In this document: positions 1-12,088 of the stretch, one piece after another
How the letters are laid out: the number at the start of each line of letters is the position of its first letter
Position numbering within the stretch: position 1 is the first letter of the stretch
Source of the DNA: Escherichia coli
GTDB lineage: Bacteria > Pseudomonadota > Gammaproteobacteria > Enterobacterales > Enterobacteriaceae
Direction: 5' to 3' (one strand)
DNA: 42,323 nt
Assembly: GCF_003334315.1 (NCBI RefSeq)
Contig: NZ_QOWR01000043.1
Program-made: the position numbers and the translations under genes
Notes under the pieces: generated by a model
Databases searched by the model: none
Seen by the model: the letters and a program-made list of their open reading frames with translations, nothing else
What the model was told of the DNA's origin: nothing

Positions 1-244
1 CTAGTCTAAAAACTAGTATTAAGACTATCACTAACTTAAGTGATACCAACTGTCTGGAGATTCAGGGGGCCAGTCTACGACCCGATATTTTCTAAGTCTA
101 ATGGATTCACGATGAACTCCGATTTCGGTCTTCTCTCTCTGATTTAAACATCCGCAGCCAACCGGTTAGCGGCTTACACGCGGTCACATTCAAATGCGAT
201 TCTGCTACAATCCTCCCCCCGTTCGAAGATTGAGCAATACACCT

Positions 245-2266
245 ATGCGTCTAAACCCCGGCCAACAACAAGCTGTCGAATTCGTTACCGGCCCCTGCCT
301 GGTGCTGGCGGGCGCGGGTTCCGGTAAAACTCGTGTTATCACCAATAAAATCGCCCATCTGATCCGCGGTTGCGGTTATCAGGCGCGGCACATTGCGGCG
401 GTGACCTTTACTAATAAAGCAGCGCGCGAGATGAAAGAGCGTGTAGGGCAGACGCTGGGGCGCAAAGAGGCGCGTGGGCTGATGATCTCCACTTTCCATA
501 CGTTGGGGCTGGATATCATCAAACGCGAGTATGCGGCGCTTGGGATGAAAGCGAACTTCTCGTTGTTTGACGATACCGATCAGCTTGCTTTGCTTAAAGA
601 GTTGACCGAGGGGCTGATTGAAGATGACAAAGTTCTCCTGCAACAACTGATTTCGACCATCTCTAACTGGAAGAATGATCTCAAAACACCGTCCCAGGCG
701 GCAGCAAGTGCGATTGGCGAGCGGGACCGTATTTTTGCCCATTGTTATGGGCTGTATGATGCACACCTGAAAGCCTGTAACGTTCTCGACTTCGATGATC
801 TGATTTTATTGCCGACGTTGCTGCTGCAACGCAATGAAGAAGTCCGCGAGCGCTGGCAGAACAAAATTCGCTACCTGCTGGTGGACGAATATCAGGACAC
901 CAACACCAGCCAGTATGAACTAGTGAAACTGCTGGTGGGCAGCCGCGCGCGCTTTACCGTGGTGGGTGACGATGACCAGTCGATCTACTCCTGGCGCGGT
1001 GCACGTCCGCAAAACCTGGTGCTGCTGAGTCAGGATTTTCCGGTGCTGCAGGTGATTAAGCTTGAGCAGAACTACCGCTCTTCCGGACGTATTTTGAAAG
1101 CGGCGAACATCCTGATCGCCAATAATCCGCACGTCTTTGAAAAGCGTCTGTTCTCCGAACTGGGTTACGGCACAGAGCTAAAAGTTTTAAGCGCGAATAA
1201 CGAGGAACATGAAGCCGAGCGCGTTACTGGCGAGCTTATCGCCCATCACTTCGTCAATAAAACGCAGTACAAAGATTACGCCATTCTTTATCGCGGTAAC
1301 CATCAGTCGCGGGTGTTTGAAAAATTCCTGATGCAAAACCGCATCCCGTACAAAATTTCTGGTGGTACGTCGTTTTTCTCTCGTCCTGAAATCAAGGACT
1401 TGCTGGCTTATCTGCGCGTGCTGACTAACCCGGATGATGACAGCGCATTTCTGCGTATCGTTAACACGCCGAAGCGAGAGATTGGCCCGGCGACGCTGAA
1501 AAAGCTGGGTGAGTGGGCGATGACGCGCAATAAAAGCATGTTTACCGCCAGCTTTGATATGGGCCTGAGTCAGACGCTTAGCGGACGTGGTTATGAAGCA
1601 TTGACCCGCTTCACTCACTGGTTGGCAGAAATCCAGCGCCTGGCGGAGCGGGAGCCGATTGCTGCGGTGCGTGATCTGATCCATGGCATGGATTATGAAT
1701 CCTGGCTGTACGAAACATCGCCCAGCCCGAAAGCTGCCGAAATGCGCATGAAGAACGTCAACCAACTGTTTAGCTGGATGACGGAGATGCTCGAAGGCAG
1801 CGAACTGGATGAGCCGATGACGCTCACCCAGGTGGTGACGCGCTTTACTTTACGCGACATGATGGAGCGTGGTGAGAGTGAAGAAGAGCTGGATCAGGTG
1901 CAACTGATGACTCTCCACGCGTCAAAAGGGCTGGAGTTTCCTTATGTCTACATGGTCGGTATGGAAGAAGGGTTTTTGCCACACCAGAGCAGTATCGATG
2001 AAGATAATATCGATGAGGAGCGGCGGCTGGCCTATGTCGGCATTACCCGCGCCCAGAAGGAATTGACCTTTACGCTGTGTAAAGAACGCCGTCAGTACGG
2101 CGAACTGGTGCGCCCGGAGCCGAGCCGCTTCCTGCTGGAGCTGCCGCAGGATGATCTGATTTGGGAACAGGAGCGCAAAGTGGTCAGTGCCGAAGAACGG
2201 ATGCAGAAAGGGCAAAGCCATCTGGCGAATCTGAAAGCGATGATGGCGGCAAAACGAGGGAAATAA
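245..2266 (+). CDS. rep: ATP-dependent DNA helicase Rep (SF1 helicase), 673 aa
   Basis: ORF 194..2266; recognised Rep N-terminus [31 protein letters not shown] begins at ATG 245; Walker A GAGSGKT and helicase motifs visible; upstream ORF extension lacks homology. Confidence 0.95.
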   Translation: MRLNPGQQQAVEFVTGPCLVLAGAGSGKTRVITNKIAHLIRGCGYQARHIAAVTFTNKAAREMKERVGQTLGRKEARGLMISTFHTLGLDIIKREYAALGMKANFSLFDDTDQLALLKELTEGLIEDDKVLLQQLISTISNWKNDLKTPSQAAASAIGERDRIFAHCYGLYDAHLKACNVLDFDDLILLPTLLLQRNEEVRERWQNKIRYLLVDEYQDTNTSQYELVKLLVGSRARFTVVGDDDQSIYSWRGARPQNLVLLSQDFPVLQVIKLEQNYRSSGRILKAANILIANNPHVFEKRLFSELGYGTELKVLSANNEEHEAERVTGELIAHHFVNKTQYKDYAILYRGNHQSRVFEKFLMQNRIPYKISGGTSFFSRPEIKDLLAYLRVLTNPDDDSAFLRIVNTPKREIGPATLKKLGEWAMTRNKSMFTASFDMGLSQTLSGRGYEALTRFTHWLAEIQRLAEREPIAAVRDLIHGMDYESWLYETSPSPKAAEMRMKNVNQLFSWMTEMLEGSELDEPMTLTQVVTRFTLRDMMERGESEEELDQVQLMTLHASKGLEFPYVYMVGMEEGFLPHQSSIDEDNIDEERRLAYVGITRAQKELTFTLCKERRQYGELVRPEPSRFLLELPQDDLIWEQERKVVSAEERMQKGQSHLANLKAMMAAKRGK

Positions 2267-2270
2267 TCAA

Positions 2271-2304
2271 GGCCGGAGAAGATGCGTCAGCATCGCATCC
2301 GGCA
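2271..2304. repeat. REP (repetitive extragenic palindromic) element between convergent rep and gppA
   Basis: Palindromic GC-rich unit ggccggagaagatgcgtcagcatcgcatccggca; the same 24-mer recurs at 23876..23899. Confidence 0.8.
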
Positions 2305-2312
2305 CTTACTCA

Positions 2313-3797
2313 TTAATGCACTTCTAGCGGCCAGTGGACATAGCTCTGCCACTGGCTTTCCTGAGCAATAATCTCTTTACCCAGCGGATGTTGGGTTAGC
2401 CAACCTTGCGGAAGCGTCAAGGTCAACAGTTCATGGTTAGCCTGTAATGTCATCTCTGGCACGAGATCGTCACGGCGACGGCTGGCAAAAATGATGGCCA
2501 GGCGGAGTAAACGGCAGAGTTGTTCTGCGACGCGCGGCGGTACGGCATTTTGCTGATGCAGCGATGAGAGATCGACCGGATTAGTCTGGTTGAGCAGTAG
2601 CGTCGCCAGCAATTTTTTCTGTGCGGGGGTAAAACCGGGAAGATCCAGATTACGCACCAGATAAGCAGCGTGTTGCGGCGCTTGTTTGAAGTCAACGCTC
2701 AGGCCGATTTCATGAAGCTGACAGGCGCTGATGAGCAAATCGCGGCTTATTGCTTCAAGATGCCATTCCTTTTCCACCTGATCGAAGAAGTTAGCCGCAA
2801 CTTTGGCTACGCGCTGCGCCTGATCAATATCGATCATAAAGCGGCGCTGAATATTACGCAGCGTACGGCTGCGAATATCCTGCTCGACGGTAAGATGCAA
2901 CATACCGTAGACCAGACCTTCACGCAGCGCACCGCCCGCCAGGGTCATACACTGAATATTCAGTTCGGTAAAAATGGCAATCAGGATCGCCAGACCACTC
3001 GGGAACACTAACGCACGTTCCAGCGTCAGCCCGTCAATCTCCAGTTCCTCCAGCCGACCGCAATGAATGGCTCGCTGTTTCAATTGCTGCAACTTTTCCA
3101 GGGTAATGCGTTCATCCATCCCCTGTGCCATCATGATTTCCTGTAACGCCTGCACGGTGCCGGAAGCACCAACGCACACTTTCCAGCCGTGATACCGTAA
3201 TTCATCGGCAACCGGACGTAACACTTCGCGTGCCGCTTTTTCTGCAGCATCAAAATTTTCCTGCCCCAGATTACGATCGGCAAAATAGCGTTCCAGCCAG
3301 GTAACGCAGCCCATCGACAGGCTGAACAACGAGGTGGTTTGTGCACCCGTGCCGGTTACCAGTTCAGTACTGGCACCGCCTATATCCACCACCAGGCGCT
3401 GATCGGCACCGCCAGTTGTGTGAGCAACGCCCTGATAAATCAGACGTGCTTCCTCTTCACCGCTGATCACCTGTACCGGACAACCGAGGATTTCCTGCGC
3501 TTTGGCAATAAAATCACCCGCATTGACGGCAAGACGTAATGTCGCCGTAGCGACAACGCGAATTTGCGAGGGAGGGATATCTTGCAGACGTTCAGCAAAC
3601 AGGCGCAGACATTGCCAACCGCGCTCCATTGCTTCATTAGACAGGGCATTTTCGCTATTCAGGCCAGCAGCCAGACGCACTTTGCGTTTTATTCGCGTCA
3701 GCGTCTGGATGCTTCCAGCCACCTCGCGCACAACCAGCATATGAAAACTATTCGAACCGAGATCAATGGCTGCATACAGCGACGAGGTGGAACCCAT
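2313..3797 (-). CDS. gppA: Guanosine pentaphosphate phosphohydrolase / exopolyphosphatase GppA, 494 aa
   Basis: ORF 2313..3806 minus; recognised start [20 protein letters not shown] at the internal Met (3 codons into the ORF); Ppx/GppA family. Confidence 0.93.
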   Translation of the reverse strand: MGSTSSLYAAIDLGSNSFHMLVVREVAGSIQTLTRIKRKVRLAAGLNSENALSNEAMERGWQCLRLFAERLQDIPPSQIRVVATATLRLAVNAGDFIAKAQEILGCPVQVISGEEEARLIYQGVAHTTGGADQRLVVDIGGASTELVTGTGAQTTSLFSLSMGCVTWLERYFADRNLGQENFDAAEKAAREVLRPVADELRYHGWKVCVGASGTVQALQEIMMAQGMDERITLEKLQQLKQRAIHCGRLEELEIDGLTLERALVFPSGLAILIAIFTELNIQCMTLAGGALREGLVYGMLHLTVEQDIRSRTLRNIQRRFMIDIDQAQRVAKVAANFFDQVEKEWHLEAISRDLLISACQLHEIGLSVDFKQAPQHAAYLVRNLDLPGFTPAQKKLLATLLLNQTNPVDLSSLHQQNAVPPRVAEQLCRLLRLAIIFASRRRDDLVPEMTLQANHELLTLTLPQGWLTQHPLGKEIIAQESQWQSYVHWPLEVH

Positions 3798-3930
3798 ACT
3801 CTTCATCCTTCAATCTGTCTCTGTGTTGGCTGCATTCTTTCACCTGAATCACTTACTACAGTATGCTCATCGGGATTCATTCTCTTGCCATCTTGATACA
3901 GTTTGAATGATTTTGAGTATGACATTTTAT

Positions 3931-5196
3931 TTAACCTGAACGACGACGATTACGCGGAGCGCCAGTACGACGCGGACCATTGCCTGTACGTGGGCGCGTG
4001 AGGCGCAGCGGTTTTGGCAGATCGGTCATCAATGCGTCCGGATTGTATTTGCTTACCGGAATTGAGTGACCAATATAGGTCTCAATAGCAGGCAAATTCA
4101 ATGCATACTCTTCACACGCCAGGCTGATAGAGTGACCGCTTGCGCCTGCGCGACCTGTACGACCAATACGGTGAACGTAATCTTCACAGTCATCGGGTAA
4201 ATCGTAGTTAAAGACGTGCGTCACTGCCGGAATATGCAAACCACGCGCGGCAACGTCGGTGGCAACCAGAATATCCAGATCGCCACGGGTAAATTCATCA
4301 AGAATACGCAGACGTTTTTTCTGCGCGACATCGCCTGTCAACAAACCGACACGATGACCATCTGCCGCCAGGTGGCCCCAGATCTCTTCACAACGGTGTT
4401 TGGTATTGGCGAAAATAATCGCTCTGTCTGGCCACTCTTCTTCGATCAGCGTTTGCAGCAAACGCATTTTTTCTTCGTTAGAAGGGTAGAAAAGCTCTTC
4501 TTTAATACGGTGGCCCGTTTTCTGTTCCGGTTCCACTTCAATATATTCGGCATTGTTCATCTGCTCGAACGCCAGTTCACGTACCCGGTACGAAAGCGTG
4601 GCGGAGAACAGCATGTTGAGGCGCTGGTTTGCAGGCGGCATACGGCGGAACAGCCAGCGGATATCTTTAATAAAGCCCAGATCGTACATGCGATCGGCTT
4701 CGTCCAGTACCACTACCTGAATGGCACCGAGGTTAATATGGTTCTGCTTGGCATAGTCAATTAAACGACCCGTGGTGCCAATCAGAATGTCAACGCCGCT
4801 TTCCAGCACTTTCAGCTGTTTGTCGTAGCCATCACCACCGTAAGCCAGACCCAGCTTCAGGCCAGTAGCTTCCGCCAGCGGTTCTGCGTCGGCATGGATC
4901 TGCACGGCAAGTTCACGCGTCGGTGCCATAATTAAGGCACGCGGTTGATTCACCTTGCGATCGGCAATCGCAGGATGAGAGAGAAGATAATGAAACGTTG
5001 ACGTAAGAAACGCCATCGTTTTCCCGGTACCGGTTTGCGCCTGCCCGGCTACGTCACGACCCGCCAGCGTCAGCGGAAGGGCCAGTGCCTGAATGGGCGT
5101 ACAGTTATGAAACCCTTTTTTTTCAAGGGCTTCTACAACCTTCGGATGCAGGGCGAAGTCGGAAAACTTCTGTTCTGTTAAATGTGTTTTGCTCAT
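3931..5196 (-). CDS. rhlB: ATP-dependent RNA helicase RhlB (DEAD-box, degradosome component), 421 aa
   Basis: ORF 3931..5196 minus; DEAD-box motifs (GTGKT, DEAD in [12 protein letters not shown]); Arg-rich C-terminal tail. Confidence 0.95.
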
Positions 5197-5326
5197 AGTG
5201 TGGTAGAATATCAGCTTACTATTGCTTTACGAAAGCGTATCCGGTGAAATAAAGTCAACCTTTAGTTGGTTAATGTTACACCAACAACGAAACCAACACG
5301 CCAGGCTTATTCCTGTGGAGTTATAT

Positions 5327-5656
5327 ATGAGCGATAAAATTATTCACCTGACTGACGACAGTTTTGACACGGATGTACTCAAAGCGGACGGGGCGATCCT
5401 CGTCGATTTCTGGGCAGAGTGGTGCGGTCCGTGCAAAATGATCGCCCCGATTCTGGATGAAATCGCTGACGAATATCAGGGCAAACTGACCGTTGCAAAA
5501 CTGAACATCGATCAAAACCCTGGCACTGCGCCGAAATATGGCATCCGTGGTATCCCGACTCTGCTGCTGTTCAAAAACGGTGAAGTGGCGGCAACCAAAG
5601 TGGGTGCACTGTCTAAAGGTCAGTTGAAAGAGTTCCTCGACGCTAACCTGGCGTAA
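5327..5656 (+). CDS. trxA: Thioredoxin 1, 109 aa
   Basis: ORF 5222..5656; canonical start [18 protein letters not shown] at ATG 5327; WCGPC active site present. Confidence 0.97.
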
Positions 5657-5725
5657 GGGAATTTCATGTTCGGGTGCCCCGTCGCTAAAAACTGGACGCC
5701 CGGCGTGAGTCATGCTAACTTAGTG

Positions 5726-5754
5726 TTGACTTCGTATTAAACATACCTTATTAA
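5726..5754 (+). promoter_or_regulatory. Candidate sigma70 promoter for rhoL-rho (TTGACT, 17-bp spacer, TATTAA)
   Basis: -35-like ttgact at 5726..5731 and -10-like tattaa at 5749..5754, about 45 bp upstream of rhoL; motif inspection only. Confidence 0.35.
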
Positions 5755-5796
5755 GTTTGAATCTTGTAATTTCCAACGCTTCCCGTTTTATCTTAA

Positions 5797-5898
5797 ATGC
5801 GAAGTGAACAGATTTCTGGCTCGTCACTCAATCCGTCTTGTCGTTTCAGTTCTGCGTACTCTCCTGTGACCAGGCAGCGAAAAGACATGAGTCGATGA
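5797..5898 (+). CDS. rhoL: rho operon leader peptide, 33 aa
   Basis: Short ORF MRSEQISGSSLNPSCRFSSAYSPVTRQRKDMSR read directly from sequence, immediately upstream of rho; not in the supplied ORF track. Confidence 0.75.
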   Translation: MRSEQISGSSLNPSCRFSSAYSPVTRQRKDMSR

Positions 5899-5982
5899 CC
5901 GTAAACAGGCATGGATGATCCTGCCATACCATTCACAACATTAAGTTCGAGATTTACCCCAAGTTTAAGAACTCACACCACT

Positions 5983-7242
5983 ATGAATCTTACCGAATTA
6001 AAGAATACGCCGGTTTCTGAGCTGATCACTCTCGGCGAAAATATGGGGCTGGAAAACCTGGCTCGTATGCGTAAGCAGGACATTATTTTTGCCATCCTGA
6101 AGCAGCACGCAAAGAGTGGCGAAGATATCTTTGGTGATGGCGTACTGGAGATATTGCAGGATGGATTTGGTTTCCTCCGTTCCGCAGACAGCTCCTACCT
6201 CGCCGGTCCTGATGACATCTACGTTTCCCCTAGCCAAATCCGCCGTTTCAACCTCCGCACTGGTGATACCATCTCTGGTAAGATTCGCCCGCCGAAAGAA
6301 GGTGAACGCTATTTTGCGCTGCTGAAAGTTAACGAAGTTAACTTCGACAAACCTGAAAACGCCCGCAACAAAATCCTCTTTGAGAACTTAACCCCGCTGC
6401 ACGCAAACTCTCGTCTGCGTATGGAACGTGGTAACGGTTCTACTGAAGATTTAACTGCTCGCGTACTGGATCTGGCATCACCTATCGGTCGTGGTCAGCG
6501 TGGTCTGATTGTGGCACCGCCGAAAGCCGGTAAAACCATGCTGCTGCAGAACATTGCTCAGAGCATTGCTTACAACCACCCGGATTGTGTGCTGATGGTT
6601 CTGCTGATCGACGAACGTCCGGAAGAAGTAACCGAGATGCAGCGTCTGGTAAAAGGTGAAGTTGTTGCTTCTACCTTTGACGAACCCGCATCTCGCCACG
6701 TTCAGGTTGCGGAAATGGTGATCGAGAAGGCCAAACGCCTGGTTGAGCACAAGAAAGACGTTATCATTCTGCTCGACTCCATCACTCGTCTGGCGCGCGC
6801 TTACAACACTGTTGTTCCGGCGTCAGGTAAAGTGTTGACCGGTGGTGTGGACGCCAATGCCCTTCATCGTCCGAAACGCTTCTTCGGTGCGGCGCGTAAC
6901 GTGGAAGAGGGCGGCAGCCTGACCATTATCGCGACGGCGCTTATCGATACCGGTTCTAAAATGGACGAAGTTATTTACGAAGAGTTTAAAGGTACAGGCA
7001 ACATGGAACTGCACCTCTCTCGTAAGATCGCTGAAAAACGCGTCTTCCCGGCTATCGACTACAACCGTTCCGGTACCCGTAAAGAAGAACTGCTCACTAC
7101 TCAGGAAGAACTGCAGAAAATGTGGATCCTGCGCAAAATCATTCACCCGATGGGCGAAATCGATGCAATGGAATTCCTCATTAATAAACTGGCCATGACC
7201 AAGACCAATGACGATTTCTTCGAAATGATGAAACGCTCATAA
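5983..7242 (+). CDS. rho: Transcription termination factor Rho, 419 aa
   Basis: ORF 5911..7242; canonical start [19 protein letters not shown] at ATG 5983; Walker A PPKAGKT present. Confidence 0.97.
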
Positions 7243-7257
7243 ATTTGTCTTATGCCA

Positions 7258-7293
7258 AAAACGCCACGTGTTTACGTGGCGTTTTGCTTTTAT
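7258..7293 (+). terminator. Rho-independent terminator downstream of rho
   Basis: Hairpin aaaacgccacgtg-ttta-cgtggcgtttt followed by a T-rich tract, 15 bp after the rho stop. Confidence 0.8.
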
Positions 7294-7481
7294 ATCTGTA
7301 ATCTTAATGCCGCGCTGGCGATGTTAGGAAAATTCCTGGAATTTGCTGGCATATTATGCAATTTGCATATCAAATGGTTAATTTTTGCACAGGACTGGTG
7401 GGTTCGGAACGGACTTTCCCTTCTGAATAAAGGTCTTCGTGGTTATACTTCTGCTAATAATTTTCTCTGAGAGCATGCATT

Positions 7482-8585
7482 GTGAATTTACTGACAGTGA
7501 GTACTGATCTCATCAGTATTTTTTTATTCACGACACTGTTTCTGTTTTTTGCCCGTAAGGTGGCAAAAAAAGTCGGTTTAGTGGATAAACCAAACTTCCG
7601 CAAACGTCACCAGGGGTTGATACCACTCGTTGGGGGTATTTCGGTTTACGCAGGGATTTGCTTCACGTTCGGAATTGTCGATTACTATATTCCGCATGCA
7701 TCTCTCTATCTCGCTTGTGCCGGTGTGCTTGTTTTCATTGGCGCGCTGGATGACCGTTTTGATATCAGCGTAAAAATCCGTGCCACCATACAGGCCGCTG
7801 TTGGCATTGTTATGATGGTGTTTGGCAACCTTTATCTCAGTAGCCTGGGTTATATCTTTGGCTCCTGGGAGATGGTGCTCGGACCGTTTGGTTACTTCCT
7901 GACGCTATTTGCCGTCTGGGCGGCCATTAATGCGTTCAACATGGTTGATGGCATTGATGGCTTGCTGGGCGGGTTGTCCTGCGTCTCGTTTGCAGCAATC
8001 GGTATGATTTTGTGGTTCGACGGGCAAACCAGCCTCGCAATCTGGTGCTTTGCGATGATCGCCGCCATCCTGCCATATATCATGCTTAACCTTGGTATCC
8101 TGGGTCGCCGCTACAAAGTCTTTATGGGTGATGCGGGCAGTACGCTGATTGGTTTTACCGTGATCTGGATCCTGCTCGAAACGACCCAGGGCAAAACCCA
8201 TCCCATCAGCCCGGTTACCGCTTTGTGGATAATCGCCATTCCGCTAATGGATATGGTGGCGATTATGTACCGTCGCCTGCGTAAAGGCATGAGCCCATTC
8301 TCTCCTGACCGTCAGCATATTCACCATTTGATCATGCGTGCCGGGTTTACTTCCCGTCAGGCGTTTGTGCTGATTACCCTTGCCGCAGCACTGCTCGCTT
8401 CCATTGGCGTGCTGGCAGAATATTCTCATTTTGTCCCGGAGTGGGTCATGCTGGTGCTCTTTTTGCTAGCATTCTTCCTCTATGGATATTGCATTAAGCG
8501 TGCCTGGAAAGTTGCTCGCTTTATTAAGCGCGTAAAACGCAGACTGCGTAGAAATCGTGGTGGCAGCCCCAATTTAACCAAATAA
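7482..8585 (+). CDS. wecA: UDP-GlcNAc:undecaprenyl-phosphate GlcNAc-1-phosphate transferase WecA, 367 aa
   Basis: ORF 7482..8585 with GTG start; polytopic membrane protein; first gene of the ECA cluster. Confidence 0.93.
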   Translation: MNLLTVSTDLISIFLFTTLFLFFARKVAKKVGLVDKPNFRKRHQGLIPLVGGISVYAGICFTFGIVDYYIPHASLYLACAGVLVFIGALDDRFDISVKIRATIQAAVGIVMMVFGNLYLSSLGYIFGSWEMVLGPFGYFLTLFAVWAAINAFNMVDGIDGLLGGLSCVSFAAIGMILWFDGQTSLAIWCFAMIAAILPYIMLNLGILGRRYKVFMGDAGSTLIGFTVIWILLETTQGKTHPISPVTALWIIAIPLMDMVAIMYRRLRKGMSPFSPDRQHIHHLIMRAGFTSRQAFVLITLAAALLASIGVLAEYSHFVPEWVMLVLFLLAFFLYGYCIKRAWKVARFIKRVKRRLRRNRGGSPNLTK

Positions 8586-8596
8586 ATGAGGATGTG

Positions 8597-9643
8597 ATGA
8601 CACAACCAATGCCTGGGAAACCGGCCGAAGACGCTGAAAATGAACTGGATATTCGTGGGTTGTTTCGTACCTTGTGGGCTGGGAAGCTATGGATTATTGG
8701 CATGGGGCTGGCGTTTGCGTTAATCGCGCTGGCGTATACGTTTTTTGCTCGTCAGGAGTGGAGCTCGACGGCGATTACCGATCGTCCAACGGTGAATATG
8801 CTGGGGGGATATTACTCGCAGCAGCAATTTTTGCGTAACCTGGATGTCCGTTCAAACATGGCTTCTGCCGACCAACCATCGGTCATGGACGAAGCCTATA
8901 AAGAGTTTGTTATGCAACTGGCCTCGTGGGATACCCGCAGAGAGTTCTGGCTGCAAACCGACTATTACAAACAGCGGATGGTGGGCAACAGCAAAGCCGA
9001 TGCGGCGTTGCTGGATGAAATGATTAACAACATCCAGTTTATCCCCGGAGACTTTACCCGCGCGGTCAATGACAGCGTGAAGCTTATTGCCGAAACCGCG
9101 CCTGACGCTAATAACCTGTTACGTCAGTATGTTGCTTTTGCCAGCCAGCGTGCAGCCAGCCATCTGAATGATGAGCTGAAAGGCGCATGGGCGGCGCGTA
9201 CCATCCAGATGAAAGCTCAGGTGAAGCGTCAGGAAGAGGTGGCGAAAGCCATCTACGACCGCCGGATGAACAGTATTGAACAGGCGCTGAAAATTGCTGA
9301 GCAGCATAATATTTCGCGCAGTGCGACAGATGTGCCTGCCGAGGAATTACCTGATTCAGAAATGTTCCTGCTTGGGCGTCCAATGCTCCAGGCTCGACTG
9401 GAAAATTTACAGGCCGTCGGTCCGGCCTTTGATCTCGACTATGATCAGAATCGGGCCATGTTAAACACCCTGAATGTTGGTCCAACCCTGGATCCGCGTT
9501 TTCAGACCTATCGCTATTTGCGTACGCCGGAAGAACCGGTAAAACGCGATAGCCCACGTCGTGCCTTCCTGATGATTATGTGGGGCATTGTCGGGGGGCT
9601 GATCGGGGCTGGTGTCGCATTAACCCGCCGTTGCTCGAAATAG
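8597..9643 (+). CDS. wzzE: ECA polysaccharide chain-length modulation protein WzzE, 348 aa
   Basis: ORF 8594..9643; ATG at 8597 gives the recognised [18 protein letters not shown] start; GTG at 8594 is an alternative. Confidence 0.9.
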   Translation: MTQPMPGKPAEDAENELDIRGLFRTLWAGKLWIIGMGLAFALIALAYTFFARQEWSSTAITDRPTVNMLGGYYSQQQFLRNLDVRSNMASADQPSVMDEAYKEFVMQLASWDTRREFWLQTDYYKQRMVGNSKADAALLDEMINNIQFIPGDFTRAVNDSVKLIAETAPDANNLLRQYVAFASQRAASHLNDELKGAWAARTIQMKAQVKRQEEVAKAIYDRRMNSIEQALKIAEQHNISRSATDVPAEELPDSEMFLLGRPMLQARLENLQAVGPAFDLDYDQNRAMLNTLNVGPTLDPRFQTYRYLRTPEEPVKRDSPRRAFLMIMWGIVGGLIGAGVALTRRCSK

Positions 9644-9698
9644 CAACACTGCTGCGGTGAGCGCAAAGGCGCTCGCCGCTTATTCGAAGAGAATCGAT

Positions 9699-10829
9699 GT
9701 GAAAGTACTGACTGTATTTGGTACGCGCCCGGAAGCCATCAAGATGGCGCCGTTGGTGCATGCGTTGGCAAAAGATCCTTTTTTTGAGGCTAAAGTTTGC
9801 GTCACTGCGCAGCATCGGGAGATGCTCGATCAGGTGCTGAAACTCTTTTCCATTGTACCTGACTACGATCTCAACATAATGCAGCCAGGACAGGGCCTGA
9901 CAGAGATAACCTGTCGGATTCTGGAAGGGCTAAAACCTATTCTTGCCGAGTTCAAACCAGACGTCGTGCTGGTTCACGGCGATACGACAACGACGCTGGC
10001 AACCAGCCTGGCGGCGTTTTATCAGCGTATTCCTGTTGGTCACGTTGAGGCTGGTCTGCGCACGGGCGATCTCTATTCGCCGTGGCCGGAAGAGGCTAAC
10101 CGTACATTGACCGGGCATCTGGCGATGTATCACTTCTCTCCAACCGAAACTTCCCGGCAAAACTTGCTGCGTGAAAACGTTGCGGATAGCCGAATCTTCA
10201 TTACCGGTAATACAGTCATTGATGCACTGTTATGGGTGCGTGACCAGGTGATGAGCAGCGACACGCTGCGTTCAGAACTGGCGGCAAATTACCCGTTTAT
10301 CGACCCCGATAAAAAGATGATTCTGGTGACCGGTCACAGGCGTGAGAGTTTCGGTCGTGGCTTTGAAGAAATCTGCCACGCGCTGGCAGACATCGCCACC
10401 ACGCACCAGGACATCCAGATTGTCTATCCGGTGCATCTCAACCCGAACGTCAGAGAGCCGGTCAATCGCATTCTGGGGCATGTGAAAAATGTCATTCTGA
10501 TCGATCCCCAGGAGTATTTACCGTTTGTCTGGCTGATGAACCACGCCTGGCTGATTTTGACCGACTCAGGCGGCATTCAGGAAGAAGCGCCTTCGCTGGG
10601 GAAACCTGTGCTGGTGATGCGCGATACCACTGAGCGTCCGGAAGCGGTGACGGCGGGTACGGTGCGTCTGGTAGGCACGGATAAGCAGCGAATTGTCGAG
10701 GAAGTGACGCGTCTTTTAAAAGACGAAAACGAATATCAAGCTATGAGCCGCGCCCATAACCCGTATGGTGATGGTCAGGCATGCTCTCGCATTCTGGAAG
10801 CGTTAAAAAATAATCGGATATCACTATGA
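9699..10829 (+). CDS. wecB: UDP-N-acetylglucosamine 2-epimerase WecB, 376 aa
   Basis: ORF 9657..10829; recognised start [18 protein letters not shown] corresponds to GTG at 9699; the upstream in-frame extension is probably not translated. Confidence 0.9.
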   Translation: MKVLTVFGTRPEAIKMAPLVHALAKDPFFEAKVCVTAQHREMLDQVLKLFSIVPDYDLNIMQPGQGLTEITCRILEGLKPILAEFKPDVVLVHGDTTTTLATSLAAFYQRIPVGHVEAGLRTGDLYSPWPEEANRTLTGHLAMYHFSPTETSRQNLLRENVADSRIFITGNTVIDALLWVRDQVMSSDTLRSELAANYPFIDPDKKMILVTGHRRESFGRGFEEICHALADIATTHQDIQIVYPVHLNPNVREPVNRILGHVKNVILIDPQEYLPFVWLMNHAWLILTDSGGIQEEAPSLGKPVLVMRDTTERPEAVTAGTVRLVGTDKQRIVEEVTRLLKDENEYQAMSRAHNPYGDGQACSRILEALKNNRISL

Positions 10830-12088
10830 GTTTTGCGACCATTTCTGTTATCGGACTGGGTTATATCGGGCTGCCAACGGCAGCAGCGTTTGCCTCACGG
10901 CAAAAACAGGTAATTGGTGTCGATATCAACCAACATGCGGTTGATACCATCAATCGTGGCGAAATCCATATCGTCGAACCTGATTTGGCGAGTGTAGTAA
11001 AAACTGCCGTAGAAGGCGGTTTTTTACGAGCGAGCACGACGCCAGTTGAAGCGGATGCCTGGCTGATTGCTGTACCCACGCCGTTTAAGGGCGATCATGA
11101 GCCAGATATGACCTACGTTGAATCGGCTGCTCGCTCCATTGCGCCAGTGCTGAAAAAAGGCGCGCTGGTGATCCTTGAATCCACCTCGCCGGTGGGGTCA
11201 ACCGAGAAGATGGCAGAATGGTTAGCAGAGATGCGTCCGGATCTCACTTTCCCGCAGCAGGTGGGCGAGCAGGCGGACGTCAACATTGCTTACTGCCCGG
11301 AACGCGTGTTACCAGGACAGGTAATGGTCGAGCTGATTAAAAACGATCGCGTGATTGGTGGTATGACGCCGGTTTGTTCGGCCCGCGCCAGCGAACTGTA
11401 CAAAATTTTCCTCGAAGGTGAGTGTGTCGTCACTAACTCGCGGACGGCGGAAATGTGTAAGCTCACCGAAAACAGCTTCCGCGATGTGAATATCGCTTTT
11501 GCTAATGAATTGTCGCTGATTTGTGCCGATCAGGGGATTAACGTCTGGGAACTGATTCGCCTGGCGAATCGTCACCCTCGCGTTAATATTCTTCAGCCTG
11601 GCCCTGGCGTGGGCGGTCACTGCATTGCTGTTGATCCGTGGTTTATCGTGGCACAGAACCCCCAGCAGGCGCGGCTTATCCGTACCGCGCGCGAAGTGAA
11701 CGATCACAAACCGTTCTGGGTTATCGATCAGGTGAAAGCGGCGGTGGCTGATTGCCTGGCGGCTACCGATAAACGCGCCAGTGAACTGAAAATCGCCTGC
11801 TTTGGTCTGGCGTTTAAACCGAATATTGATGACCTGCGCGAAAGCCCGGCGATGGAAATCGCTGAACTGATCGCCCAGTGGCATAGCGGCGAAACTCTGG
11901 TTGTTGAGCCTAACATCCACCAGTTGCCGAAAAAACTGACCGGGCTTTGTACTCTGGCGCAGCTTGACGAGGCGCTGGCAACGGCAGACGTGCTGGTGAT
12001 GCTGGTCGATCATAGTCAGTTCAAAGTTATCAATGGCGACAATGTCCATCAGCAGTATGTTGTCGATGCCAAAGGAGTCTGGCGCTGA
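10826..12088 (+). CDS. wecC: UDP-N-acetyl-D-mannosamine dehydrogenase WecC, 420 aa
   Basis: ORF 10826..12088; Rossmann motif GLGYIGLP at N-terminus; start overlaps wecB stop (ATGA). Confidence 0.95.
   Translation: MSFATISVIGLGYIGLPTAAAFASRQKQVIGVDINQHAVDTINRGEIHIVEPDLASVVKTAVEGGFLRASTTPVEADAWLIAVPTPFKGDHEPDMTYVESAARSIAPVLKKGALVILESTSPVGSTEKMAEWLAEMRPDLTFPQQVGEQADVNIAYCPERVLPGQVMVELIKNDRVIGGMTPVCSARASELYKIFLEGECVVTNSRTAEMCKLTENSFRDVNIAFANELSLICADQGINVWELIRLANRHPRVNILQPGPGVGGHCIAVDPWFIVAQNPQQARLIRTAREVNDHKPFWVIDQVKAAVADCLAATDKRASELKIACFGLAFKPNIDDLRESPAMEIAELIAQWHSGETLVVEPNIHQLPKKLTGLCTLAQLDEALATADVLVMLVDHSQFKVINGDNVHQQYVVDAKGVWR

Noticed and set aside
251-766. Antisense ORFs inside rep (251..766, 920..1132, 1187..1765, 1922..2221, all minus strand)
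   Set aside because: They lie wholly within the well-supported rep coding sequence on the opposite strand and have no recognisable domains; typical antisense artefacts of GC-rich coding DNA.
7252-7470. 72-aa plus-strand ORF in the rho-wecA intergenic region
   Set aside because: Starts inside the rho terminator hairpin, has no RBS, and has Cys/Phe-rich composition typical of AT-rich noncoding DNA; the region is better explained as terminator plus wecA promoter.
11309-12049. 246-aa minus-strand ORF antisense to wecC
   Set aside because: Fully embedded in wecC; Arg/His-rich, low-complexity translation without motifs; no independent promoter or RBS evident.
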